NCBI GenBank assembly: GCA_043747615.1 | Contig: JAYTOU010000022.1 | Span: 1 to 30,829 of the forward strand | DNA: 30,829 nucleotides | From: Myxococcales bacterium | GTDB taxonomy: Bacteria > Myxococcota_A > Polyangia > Polyangiales > Polyangiaceae | Direction of reading: 5' to 3' | Shown here: positions 11,779 through 20,267 of the stretch, in pieces | How positions within the stretch are numbered: the stretch's first letter is position 1 | How the letters are laid out: the number at the start of each line of letters is the position of its first letter | Notes under the pieces: generated by a model | Told to the model about the DNA's origin: nothing | The model's database searches: none | Seen by the model: only the letters and a program-made list of their open reading frames with translations | Made by a program: the position numbers and the translations under genes

Positions 11779-12246
11779 ATGCGAACGAACTTCCTGAAAA
11801 GCACTCTTGGCGCCCTGGCGCTTGCTGCGGCCACCCTGCTCGTCGGGGGCACGAGCCAAGCGGCGTCGAGCCATATCGACGGCAACAACTTCAAGATCGA
11901 CGCGACCGCTGGCGAGTGCAAAGCCGGCGCCGAGTGTCAGGTCACCGTCAAGCTCGAGGCGCTCGGCGCCTACCACATCAACAAAGAGTATCCGTACAAG
12001 ATCAAGTTGGCCGAAGCCGCTGGGATCGAGTTCCTCGGGAGTGACCCGGGCGGAAAGAACGTGTTCTCCAAGGGAGCGGGGGACTTCAAGCTCGACGGCG
12101 AGAAGGTGGGGACCATGACCCTCAAGTTCAAGGCTGCGAAGGCCGGCAGCGTCACGGTCAGCGGGACGTACAAGATGAGCGTCTGCTCTGCCCAGAATTG
12201 CCAGCTCGAAACGCAAGAACTGTCGGTCGCGGTCGCCGTCAAGTAA
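11779..12246 (+). CDS. Secreted stand-alone DsbD N-terminal (alpha)-like Ig-fold protein
   Basis: Signal peptide ending SQA-A. YHINKEYP resembles the DsbD-alpha WH/YY motif. C-terminal VSGTYKMSVCSAQNC (CxxxxC). GAGG SD at 11767-11770. Confidence 0.7.
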   Translation: MRTNFLKSTLGALALAAATLLVGGTSQAASSHIDGNNFKIDATAGECKAGAECQVTVKLEALGAYHINKEYPYKIKLAEAAGIEFLGSDPGGKNVFSKGAGDFKLDGEKVGTMTLKFKAAKAGSVTVSGTYKMSVCSAQNCQLETQELSVAVAVK

Positions 12247-12262
12247 GGCTACGCTCGGTGGT

Positions 12263-14563
12263 ATGAGCGAATCGCGCGAGCGTGAGATAGCCGCCCAAAT
12301 TCGTAAGGTCGCGGACAACGTCGAGCGCCGCTTTCAGGCGGGTCGGCGCGTGTTGTCCTTCGCCGAGTACTTGGATCTCTTTGCGTCCAATCCCGTCCGC
12401 TACTCGCGCGACGCGAGCCGTTACCTGCGCGACGTCTTCGACCACTACGGGGCGACGGGCGTCGATCACCCGTGGGGTCACTTCACGCGCTGGAACCTCT
12501 TCGACTTGCCGTGGGAGTCAGCACGCCCGGCGTCTGAGGGCGTTGGGGCGCGGGAAGGGGCACCCAGCAAGACGCTTCCGCGGGGCGCGCTCATCGGGCA
12601 AGAGCCGGTACAAGAGGAGATCTACCGCGCGCTCTCGAACTTCGTGCGTGAAGGGAGGCCCAGTCGCCTGATTCTTCTTCACGGGCCCAATGGCTCTGCC
12701 AAGAGCACCATCGTGGGGTGCCTGATGCGCGCGCTCGAGCAGTACTCTCTCCTCGACGAAGGAGCGCTCTACCGTTTCAACTGGGTTTTTCCGTCGAACA
12801 AGACCGTCCGCGGCGCGCTCGGATTTCGCGAAGCAGCAGCGGTAGCGGGTGGAGTCGTCACCTACGCGCATCTGGCGGACGATCAGATCGACGCCAAGCT
12901 GCTCGTCGAAGTGCGTGACCATCCGCTCTTTCTCTTTCCCATGGAGGAGCGGAAGGCGCTCGTCGAGAAGATGTTCGCCGGGACGAACGAGCCGCCCTCT
13001 GAGTGGATCTTGCGCGGGCAGCTTTCCCACAAGAGTCAGCAGGTCTTCGAGGCGCTTCTGTCCTCGTACCACGGCTCGTACACCGAAGTGCTCAAGCACG
13101 TGCAGGTCGAGCGCTACTTCATCTCCCAGCGCTATCGCACGGGCGCCGTCACCATCGGTCCGCAAATGAGCGTCGATGCTGGTGAGCGGCAAATTACGGC
13201 CGATCGCTCCCTCGCCGCGCTCCCGGCGTCGCTTCAAGCGATCACCCTGTATGAAGCAAAAGGTGAGCTGATCGAGGCGGCCGGAGGGCTCCTCGAGTTC
13301 AGCGATTTGTTGAAGCGGCCGCTCGACGCGTTCAAGTACCTGCAGCTTTCCGTGGAGACGGGCGAGGTCGCGCTCAGCCAGCAGAACGTGCAGCTCAATT
13401 GCGTGATGATGGGAAGCGCCAACGAGCTCCACCTCGACGCGTTCCGCGAGCACCCCGAGTTCGCGAGCTTCCGGGGGCGGCTCGAGCTCGTGCGCACGCC
13501 TTACCTTCGCAGCTACCTGCAAGAGCAAACGATCTACGACGCGCACATCGCGCCGCAGGTTCGCCGCCACGTCGCGCCCCACGCCACGATGGTCGCGGCC
13601 ATGTTTGCCGTGCTCACGCGGATGCGGAAACCGAATGCCGATCGCTATGGTCGCAGCCTGGGCGCCGCGCTCTCTAGCCTCACCGCGCTCGAGAAGCTCG
13701 ATCTCTACGCGACCGGACGCACGCCCGACCGCCTAGAGGCCGACGCGCAGAAGACGCTTCATGCGAACATTCGTGAGGTCTTCGACGAGGCCGACTCCTA
13801 CCCGATCTACGAGGGTCGGGTCGGGGCCAGTCCGCGCGAAATGCGGGTCGTCATCCTCGATGCCGCGCAGTCCATCAAGTTCCAGTGCCTCTCGCCGATC
13901 GCCGTCCTCGAAGAAATCGAGGCTCTCTGTCAGCGAAAAGCGGAGTTCGAGTGGCTTCAGCAGGAGACGATCGGCGGGGGATACCATGACGTGAAGCAGT
14001 TTCTCGAAGCGCTCAACGCCCGTCTGATGGACTCGTGGGAGCACGAGCTCTACTCCACGAGCGGCCTCGTCGAGGATGACCGCTACGCCGAGCTCTTCGA
14101 GCGCTACGTCCAGCACGTGAGCGTGTGGACGAAAAAAGAGCGCATCCGCAACCGCGTCACCGGCGAGTACGAAGAGCCGGACGAGAAATTGATGCGCGAG
14201 GTGGAGCGCCTCCTCGACGTGAAGGTAGATCCGCACGACGCGCGCAAGCAGATGATCAGCGCCATCGCGGCCTTCGCGATCGATCACCCCAACGCCAAGA
14301 TCGAGCCCGCCGTGATCTTCCCGCACTACTTGAAGCGCATGCGCGATGCCATCTTCGGCGAACGTCGTCCCGCCGTCGCCCAGCGCGCGCGGGACATCGA
14401 AATCGTGATCCGTGACGAGGGCACCGGTCTCGATGACCTGCGGAAGCGGAACGCCGAGGCCTCGATCGACAAGCTGATCACGCGCTTCGGCTATTGCCGC
14501 AACTGCGCCGCCGATGCCGCGAGCGTCCTCGTACGGCGCCGATTCCAAGATCTAACGACCTAG
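12263..14563 (+). CDS. prkA: PrkA/YeaG family AAA+ ATPase (annotated serine protein kinase)
   Basis: Walker A LLHGPNGSAKST, RDHPLFL, GLLEFSDLLKRP, PHAT, VLTRM, GASPREM, C-terminal EEPDEKLMREVE and FGYC, all typical of PrkA. Confidence 0.9.
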   Translation: MSESREREIAAQIRKVADNVERRFQAGRRVLSFAEYLDLFASNPVRYSRDASRYLRDVFDHYGATGVDHPWGHFTRWNLFDLPWESARPASEGVGAREGAPSKTLPRGALIGQEPVQEEIYRALSNFVREGRPSRLILLHGPNGSAKSTIVGCLMRALEQYSLLDEGALYRFNWVFPSNKTVRGALGFREAAAVAGGVVTYAHLADDQIDAKLLVEVRDHPLFLFPMEERKALVEKMFAGTNEPPSEWILRGQLSHKSQQVFEALLSSYHGSYTEVLKHVQVERYFISQRYRTGAVTIGPQMSVDAGERQITADRSLAALPASLQAITLYEAKGELIEAAGGLLEFSDLLKRPLDAFKYLQLSVETGEVALSQQNVQLNCVMMGSANELHLDAFREHPEFASFRGRLELVRTPYLRSYLQEQTIYDAHIAPQVRRHVAPHATMVAAMFAVLTRMRKPNADRYGRSLGAALSSLTALEKLDLYATGRTPDRLEADAQKTLHANIREVFDEADSYPIYEGRVGASPREMRVVILDAAQSIKFQCLSPIAVLEEIEALCQRKAEFEWLQQETIGGGYHDVKQFLEALNARLMDSWEHELYSTSGLVEDDRYAELFERYVQHVSVWTKKERIRNRVTGEYEEPDEKLMREVERLLDVKVDPHDARKQMISAIAAFAIDHPNAKIEPAVIFPHYLKRMRDAIFGERRPAVAQRARDIEIVIRDEGTGLDDLRKRNAEASIDKLITRFGYCRNCAADAASVLVRRRFQDLTT

Positions 14564-14565
14564 GC

Positions 14566-15924
14566 GTGCCTTCCTCTAGGGATGGACTGGCAGGTGACGT
14601 CCGACGGTTGGCGGTTCCTGCGATCCTCCATTCGCTGCTCCAAACGCTCGTTTTCGTGGTCGATCGAGCGATGCTCGGTCACCACGCAGAGTCGTCGCTC
14701 GCGGCGATGCAGGTCGCGGGTCCGCTGGAGTGGTCGCTCTGGAGCATCTTTGCGGCCTTTGAAGTGGGGACGATTGCGCGTGTGGGGCGTCACGTGGGGG
14801 CGAGGCATCCCGCCGGTGCGCGGCGCGCGGCGTGGGTGTCGCTCGTGCTCTCGCTTTCCATGGGCACGCTGATCGCCGCGTTCTCGCCGCTTCTCGTCGC
14901 TTCGCTGCCGGCGTGTTTCCCCGCTGCTTCCCCTGCAGCAATGAGCGCGGCGCGCGACTACCTGACGATTACCCTCGGCGCTTCACCGGTGGTGTTCATC
15001 GCCGCGACGGGCATAGCGATTTTGCAAGCCGGAGGGGACACGCGGACGCCGCTCCTCATCGGGCTCGTCGCGAACGTCATCCACATACCGCTGAACCGTC
15101 TGCTGATTCTGGGTGGCCTCGGCATCCGGGCCCTCGGCGCTCGAGGCTGTGCGATCAGCACGTCGTTCACGTTTTTTTTCGTGGCAGCGCTCACTCTGCT
15201 CGTGCTGTCGCGACCAACGTCGAAGGTGTCTCTTCGGCGCGCGGAGCTCGACCCCGCAGAGCGCGAGCTTCTTCGCGAGGAGGCACGCTCCCTCGGGCGC
15301 ATCGCGCTTCCGGCGCTCCTCGAGCGGGCCCTCTACCACGCTGGGTTCTTGGGCTTCGTAGCGATCATCGGGCGCCTAGGCGATCACGCGATGGCTGCAA
15401 ATCAAGCGCTGATCAGCGTGGAAGCGATCTGTTTTCTCTCCGCCGACGGCTTCGGGATTGCGGCCGCTGCGCTCGTTGCCCAGAAGCTCGGGGCAGAGCG
15501 GCCACTCGAAGGGGAGCGGGCAGCGCGCATCTCCGCGGGGTACGCCGTCATTTTGCTGACGTCGCTAGGTGCGCTCTTTTTCATGGGGCGCTCCCGTATT
15601 CTGCCAATTTTCTCGGCCGACCCCGAGGTCGTCGCCATCGGGGTGGCCGCCGTGCCAATGCTCTTTTGCGCCCAGCCGTTCATGGCCGTTGCCACCGTCG
15701 TAGCGCAGTCCCTTCGCGGCGCCGGTCACACCCGCGAGGTGCTCGCGGTGACCGCGGCGTGCGCCCTCGGCGTGCGAATCTCATGCACCTGGTTCTTCGC
15801 GATGACGCTCGGCCTGGGGCTGCCCGGCGTGTGGATCGGATCCACGTGTGATTGGGTCGCGCGGACCGTGCTCTTGACGTGGGTCGCTCGCCGGAGACTC
15901 AGCCGCGTCCTCTCTCCAGCTTGA
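14566..15924 (+). CDS. MATE family efflux transporter
   Basis: RLAVPAIL...VDRAMLGH, LQAGGDTRTPL, GLGIRALGARGCAIS, LRGAGHT, LGLPGVWIG, with about 12 hydrophobic segments. Probable GTG start 2 nt after the prkA stop. Confidence 0.9.
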   Translation: MPSSRDGLAGDVRRLAVPAILHSLLQTLVFVVDRAMLGHHAESSLAAMQVAGPLEWSLWSIFAAFEVGTIARVGRHVGARHPAGARRAAWVSLVLSLSMGTLIAAFSPLLVASLPACFPAASPAAMSAARDYLTITLGASPVVFIAATGIAILQAGGDTRTPLLIGLVANVIHIPLNRLLILGGLGIRALGARGCAISTSFTFFFVAALTLLVLSRPTSKVSLRRAELDPAERELLREEARSLGRIALPALLERALYHAGFLGFVAIIGRLGDHAMAANQALISVEAICFLSADGFGIAAAALVAQKLGAERPLEGERAARISAGYAVILLTSLGALFFMGRSRILPIFSADPEVVAIGVAAVPMLFCAQPFMAVATVVAQSLRGAGHTREVLAVTAACALGVRISCTWFFAMTLGLGLPGVWIGSTCDWVARTVLLTWVARRRLSRVLSPA

Positions 15925-16372
15925 GCCTGGCCGTCTTCACGCCGAAGAGCTCGCGGGCGTCAGGGGAGAGAATCGGTCCCAGAAAGACGCTCGCAAGGAT
16001 CGCGGCAACGAGGAGAGCGGCGCGATCGTCGGGGCCGTCCGTCGCTACGAGCCACACGTACCCGCATCGATTGGCGAGACCCGAGAGACCCGTGTAGGTT
16101 ACACGCATCTCTGCGAAAGCCGCTTTTTCAAGGTCTTCCGCGGTGACCGGTCGCGCAGCACAGTGGCGGACGCCGGAGTTGCCCGCCGGCCCCGCGACGA
16201 CCACGTGCACCTGATCGACGACGGGCGGTACGTCCCCGTAGCTCGTATCTGCGGTCAGCCCGAGCTCGGTGGCGAAGAAGCGACGGGCTTGACCGGAAAT
16301 GAGGTGGAGGTCGAAGCGAGCGTCGCTGCGCTGCGCGAAGACCATGAAGGACGCTTCTGTCTCTTCCGTCAC
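15899..16372 (-). CDS. Hypothetical protein (157 aa)
   Basis: Fills the gap between the MATE and tatD with normal composition. C-terminal AALLVAAILASVFLGPILSPD. TACACT lies 7 nt before the GTG start. Overlaps the MATE 3' end by 26 nt. Confidence 0.7.
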   Translation of the reverse strand: MTEETEASFMVFAQRSDARFDLHLISGQARRFFATELGLTADTSYGDVPPVVDQVHVVVAGPAGNSGVRHCAARPVTAEDLEKAAFAEMRVTYTGLSGLANRCGYVWLVATDGPDDRAALLVAAILASVFLGPILSPDARELFGVKTARLKLERGRG

Positions 16373-16398
16373 GCACGAGAGTGTAGACTTTTTCCTTC

Positions 16399-17193
16399 AT
16401 GCCCGCGCTCATCGACACCCACTGCCACCTCGATCCCAGCTATTTCCCCGACGGGGCGCAATCCGTGATCGCGCGCGCGCGTGCAGTCGGTGTCGCCGGG
16501 TTCGTGGTCGTGGGCGTTGGGGCGGATCTCACCCAAGCTCGGAATGCCGTGCGCCTCGCGGGCGAGCATCCTTCCATCGCCGCAGCGGTCGGCATTCACC
16601 CCCACGACGCCACGAGCTGGAACGAAGCGAGCCACGCCGAGCTCGGTCGCCTCGCCCGCGATCCGTCGGTGGTCGCCGTCGGAGAGATCGGTCTCGACTA
16701 CCACTACGATCACTCTCCGCGCGACGTTCAAAAGGCCACATTTGCTAGGTTGATCGCCCTCGCGCGGGAGGTAAAGAAGCCGATCGTGGTGCACACCCGC
16801 TCGGCTGCGGACGATACGCTCGCCATTCTCGAAGCGGAGGGGGCGCGAGACGTGGGCGGCGTCATCCATTGCTTCAGCGAGGACCGCGCGTTTGCAGAGC
16901 GTGCGCTCGACCTCGGCTTCGATCTGTCGTTCTCTGGAATCCTCACCTTCAAGGCTGCGAAGAGCATTCACGAAGTGGCGGCGTGGGCACCCGAAGATCG
17001 CATTCTCGTGGAGACCGACAGCCCTTACCTCGCTCCGGTCCCTCTGCGCGGCAAGCCCTGCGAGCCGGCCTATGTCGTGCACACGGCGAACAGACTGGCC
17101 GAGCTCCGCGGAACGGACCTCGATCGTATCGCGCGCGTGACCACCGAGAATGCCGTTCGCCGCTTCGGGCGCACGTTTCCGTCGTTGCCGTAG
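16399..17193 (+). CDS. tatD: TatD family amidohydrolase-fold DNase
   Basis: IDTHCHL, GIHPHDA, GEIGLDY, VVHTR, IHCF, ETDSPYLAP. Confidence 0.95.
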   Translation: MPALIDTHCHLDPSYFPDGAQSVIARARAVGVAGFVVVGVGADLTQARNAVRLAGEHPSIAAAVGIHPHDATSWNEASHAELGRLARDPSVVAVGEIGLDYHYDHSPRDVQKATFARLIALAREVKKPIVVHTRSAADDTLAILEAEGARDVGGVIHCFSEDRAFAERALDLGFDLSFSGILTFKAAKSIHEVAAWAPEDRILVETDSPYLAPVPLRGKPCEPAYVVHTANRLAELRGTDLDRIARVTTENAVRRFGRTFPSLP

Positions 17194-17203
17194 TTGATCG
17201 ACG

Positions 17204-18559
17204 ATGGCGCCGAGCGACCTGTCGGCGCATACTCAATCAGCGAAGTTGCAGCGCCATCGCCTACCGCCGCTTCGGCTCTTTCCAGGGTGGGCCTGGATGG
17301 CATCGCTAGTCCTTCATGGCGTGCTCGGTGCCGGCGTCGGCTGGCTTGCCTACCACTCGCTGCAAACGAAAGCGGTGGACGTCGATGTCCGTCCCCCGGA
17401 AGAAATGTCGATCGTGCTCGACCTCCCGCCGGTCACCGAAGGCGCACTGCTCACCGACCTCACGGCGGATCCACGAGGCGTGACCCCGGCAGCCGCGGGA
17501 GGGACGACGATTGCCCGCGTGGACGACGGGCGCGATGGTCGTGGCGGGACCGGTCGGACCCTGACACCTGCCGTGCATTTGAGTGACACCGCGGAGGACG
17601 CGCGCTTGTCTCCCGATCTGCTCAGTCATCTCGATCTCAATCAGCAGCAGCGTCTGCGGACGGCGCGCGATCGTGCCTCCTGGGAAGATCGACGCTCGAC
17701 GACGCACCCGATGGAGCTGACGTTCCTTGCTTCGGGTCATGGGGCTGTCGCGGAGCGTCGCGCACCGAGTGAAAGCAACCCGAGTCGAGGTGCGCGTTTG
17801 GCCCGACGTGCGTCCGTCGCGGGTGGCGCGGTGGGTGCGGCATCCGAAGATCGCGGCGAGGACGGGCAGCAGCTCCTGAAACCAGGAGCGAAGCAGCTGG
17901 GAACACGTGACGAATCCCCCGGCCTCGGCATCAGTCAAGCACACGGCGGCATCGATCATCGCTCTTCTGCGAGCGTCGCGAGCGCGCGCCCCGACGTTAC
18001 TCTCGGGCCGGTGAGCGTACCCGCTCAGGCTCACACCCGTCCGCGCGACGACATCGACAGCGATCAAGAAGTGGCGACGACGGTGCGCTCACTCGTGCAC
18101 GCAAGTACGGCGGGCGGGCTGGCGGGCGAGGGGAGCGGAGGCAGCGGCGGCGGCGGGGATCCGGGAGCGGGCGGCGCCGAGGGACCGGGCTCGCATCCGC
18201 GATCGCTCGGCCCTGGCGAAGGCGATTGGTTTGAGCTCAACACCACCGACCCGCGTTTGATGGCTTATTTCAGGGCGATTCACGCGAAGATCGATCCGCT
18301 CTGGGCCAACGCATTTCCGCGCAGCGCGATGATCGATCTCAAGCAGGGCACCGTCATCTTAGAGTTCGTGATCTCCCAGGATGGCACCGCAAAGGTGGTC
18401 TGGCCTCCGGTGAGGCCTAGCGGGATCGACGAGTTCGATCGCAATTGCGCCGATGCGCTTCGCCGGGCGAGTCCGTTCGCTCCGATCCCTCGCGTCCTCG
18501 GCCGGACGAACCTCAGGGTGCGCGCCCCATTCGTGGCGATGAATCCAATCGTGAAATAG
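17204..18559 (+). CDS. TonB-family energy transducer-like protein (N-terminal TM, C-terminal TonB_2-type domain)
   Basis: TM helix with SLVLHG (SxxxH), long disordered Gly-rich linker, C-terminal YFRAIHAKIDPLW...GTVILEFVISQDG...SGIDEFDRNCADALRRASPFAPIP. Start uncertain. Confidence 0.82.
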   Translation: MAPSDLSAHTQSAKLQRHRLPPLRLFPGWAWMASLVLHGVLGAGVGWLAYHSLQTKAVDVDVRPPEEMSIVLDLPPVTEGALLTDLTADPRGVTPAAAGGTTIARVDDGRDGRGGTGRTLTPAVHLSDTAEDARLSPDLLSHLDLNQQQRLRTARDRASWEDRRSTTHPMELTFLASGHGAVAERRAPSESNPSRGARLARRASVAGGAVGAASEDRGEDGQQLLKPGAKQLGTRDESPGLGISQAHGGIDHRSSASVASARPDVTLGPVSVPAQAHTRPRDDIDSDQEVATTVRSLVHASTAGGLAGEGSGGSGGGGDPGAGGAEGPGSHPRSLGPGEGDWFELNTTDPRLMAYFRAIHAKIDPLWANAFPRSAMIDLKQGTVILEFVISQDGTAKVVWPPVRPSGIDEFDRNCADALRRASPFAPIPRVLGRTNLRVRAPFVAMNPIVK

Positions 18560-18590
18560 TGAGCTAGCCCGGGCGGCGACTGAGCGCGCT

Positions 18591-20096
18591 CTACGCGGCG
18601 ATTACGGCGACGCCGAGATCCCTGCGAAGCTCGGAGGCTGCGTCGCTGGCCCAGAAGCCTTCGACTTCGGCGATCCGCTCTTCTCCGTTTGGTTCGCGGG
18701 CGAGAACCTCGCAGGCGGTCGCGAGATCGCCGCACGTGATGAGGCCCGCGCGACAAGCGGTGAATTCTGCGGCCTGCGCCCAGACCCGGAGGCTTGTCTG
18801 TCCCCCTTGCTCGAGGAAGGCCCGAGTCAATCCGCGAAGCCGCTCGACGTGGTGCGGTTCGAGGACCGGCAAGACCGCGTTGCGAATGATGCCTGCGCGA
18901 ACGAGGGCGTCGTTGCGCAGCGGGAGGTCCGGCTCGCCGATCAGGAGCGCGCCGAGAAAAATATCTTCGAGCGACATCACCGAAGGTACGAGCGAGCAGA
19001 TGAAGTACTCCTCGCGGAACCAGGTCAGATGGCGACCGCAGTGGAACGCGAGCTCGACGGCGCTGAGTCCGGAGAGCATGTGCTTACCCACGCGGATCAC
19101 GGGCGGCACTCCGATGACGATCTCGAGGCCGCTATCCATTTCAGGGGCGAGATACGTTGGCGGCGCTCGAAGGCCGAGAGTAGATGCGCACCATCCGAGC
19201 GCACGAGCCACGCTCACCGTGGACGTCGTCGGATCGTGTTTCTTGGCCGGATCCAGCTTTGGGAGCGTCCCGTCTTTTCGCATGGCCGAGACGCGTGCGA
19301 GGAGAGCCGCTGAGGCGATCACCGCAAAGATGTCTCCCGTCGTTCGATCTTGCTGCGGATGAAAGAGGAGCGTGGCCCACGCGCTCGCGGTGAGCGGGCG
19401 CATCGGGCGCTGAAGCGCAGAGCTCCGGTAGGTATCGTAAACGGCCTGCTCCGCGGGAGTCGACTCACCACGGCGAACGAGGACTGCGGCCGTGCAAAAT
19501 AGCTCATCTAGCGCGCCGGCACGTTCCATCTCCGAGAAGCGGTCGTGGAGCAGGTCGAGCTCGGTGCGCTCGCCGACCGGCATGGCCGCGAGCATCGCCG
19601 GCGGAGTCGCCCGGTCGTCGTCCGCGGGAAGGGGCTCCTCGGAGTCAGGTGTGCGCGGCGTATCCGGCGCGCGGTCGCTATCGTCGGGCGGGATCTCGGG
19701 CAGCGTGCGCGGGGTCGGCGCGGCCTCTTCGCTGTCCTCGTCGGCAAGCGCAGGTGGCGCTGGAACGCTCTGCGGCGCGCGATCGGCCAGCGTCCCTGGG
19801 TCGCCGAATCCGACCTCTCGGGGGTCGGTGATGGTGATGGTCGCGCCGGTCTGGTAGGCCGCCCGCAGCGCCTCTTCGACCCGGGATAGGCGCTCCGTGC
19901 CGAGCCCCAGGGCCGCCGCCGCGAGATCGAGCCGCTCTCGTTCTTCCGGCGTGATCGGACCTTCCGTCAGCGCTTCGGAGTAGAGCGCCTCGTATTGCGC
20001 TTCGAAGTCGCCAGGCTGAAAGCTTCCGGTGTCCTCGATCGCGTGAAACGACGGTGAGAATTCGAAAGGCTGCGGCGTCGTGGATATTTTCCGCAT
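18591..20096 (-). CDS. Hypothetical protein with TerB-like N-terminal motif and degenerate M48-like C-terminal domain
   Basis: ALTEGPITPEERERL, acidic Pro-rich linker, then PPVIRVG...ELAFHCGRHL...TACRAGLITCGDL. The latter resembles C-termini of myxobacterial TPR proteins (inference). Confidence 0.7.
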   Translation of the reverse strand: MRKISTTPQPFEFSPSFHAIEDTGSFQPGDFEAQYEALYSEALTEGPITPEERERLDLAAAALGLGTERLSRVEEALRAAYQTGATITITDPREVGFGDPGTLADRAPQSVPAPPALADEDSEEAAPTPRTLPEIPPDDSDRAPDTPRTPDSEEPLPADDDRATPPAMLAAMPVGERTELDLLHDRFSEMERAGALDELFCTAAVLVRRGESTPAEQAVYDTYRSSALQRPMRPLTASAWATLLFHPQQDRTTGDIFAVIASAALLARVSAMRKDGTLPKLDPAKKHDPTTSTVSVARALGWCASTLGLRAPPTYLAPEMDSGLEIVIGVPPVIRVGKHMLSGLSAVELAFHCGRHLTWFREEYFICSLVPSVMSLEDIFLGALLIGEPDLPLRNDALVRAGIIRNAVLPVLEPHHVERLRGLTRAFLEQGGQTSLRVWAQAAEFTACRAGLITCGDLATACEVLAREPNGEERIAEVEGFWASDAASELRRDLGVAVIAA

Positions 20097-20136
20097 GCGC
20101 GGCTATTTTTTTTCGAGATGCTTTTCGAGGATGTCG

Positions 20137-20213
20137 TGGTGCCGGAGGAGGGATTCGAACCCCCGACCTAGCGCGTATGAAACGCCCGCTCTAACCACCT
20201 GAGCTACTCCGGC
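20137..20213 (-). tRNA. tRNA-Met (CAT), probably elongator
   Basis: GCCGGAGTAGCTCAGGTGGTTAGAGCGGGCGTTTCATACGCGCTAGGTCGGGGGTTCGAATCCCTCCTCCGGCACCA. Paired G1-C72, loop TT-CAT-AC, GTTCGAATC T-loop, CCA encoded. Lacks the initiator C1:A72 mismatch and the GGG/CCC anticodon stem. Ile2 is not formally excluded. Confidence 0.93.
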
Positions 20214-20228
20214 CCTAAACGGCGGCGG

Positions 20229-20257
20229 AGTATGTTCGTGCGCCACCGCTCTGTAAA
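20229..20257 (-). promoter_or_regulatory. Sigma70-type promoter of tRNA-Met
   Basis: TTTACA (20257-20252), 17-nt spacer, CATACT (20234-20229), followed by the GC-rich discriminator CCGCCGCC. Confidence 0.65.
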
Positions 20258-20267
20258 GCGGCAAGAT

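Noticed and set aside
16399..17193. TatD as part of a QatABCD-like defence system
   Set aside because: It looks like canonical housekeeping TatD, with no KAP ATPase or QueC-like neighbours.
18121..18190. GGC-rich low-complexity tract
   Set aside because: It encodes the Gly/Ser linker of the TonB-like protein and is not an independent repeat element.
20137..20213. Initiator tRNA-fMet
   Set aside because: The 1-72 pair is G-C and the anticodon stem lacks three consecutive G-C pairs.
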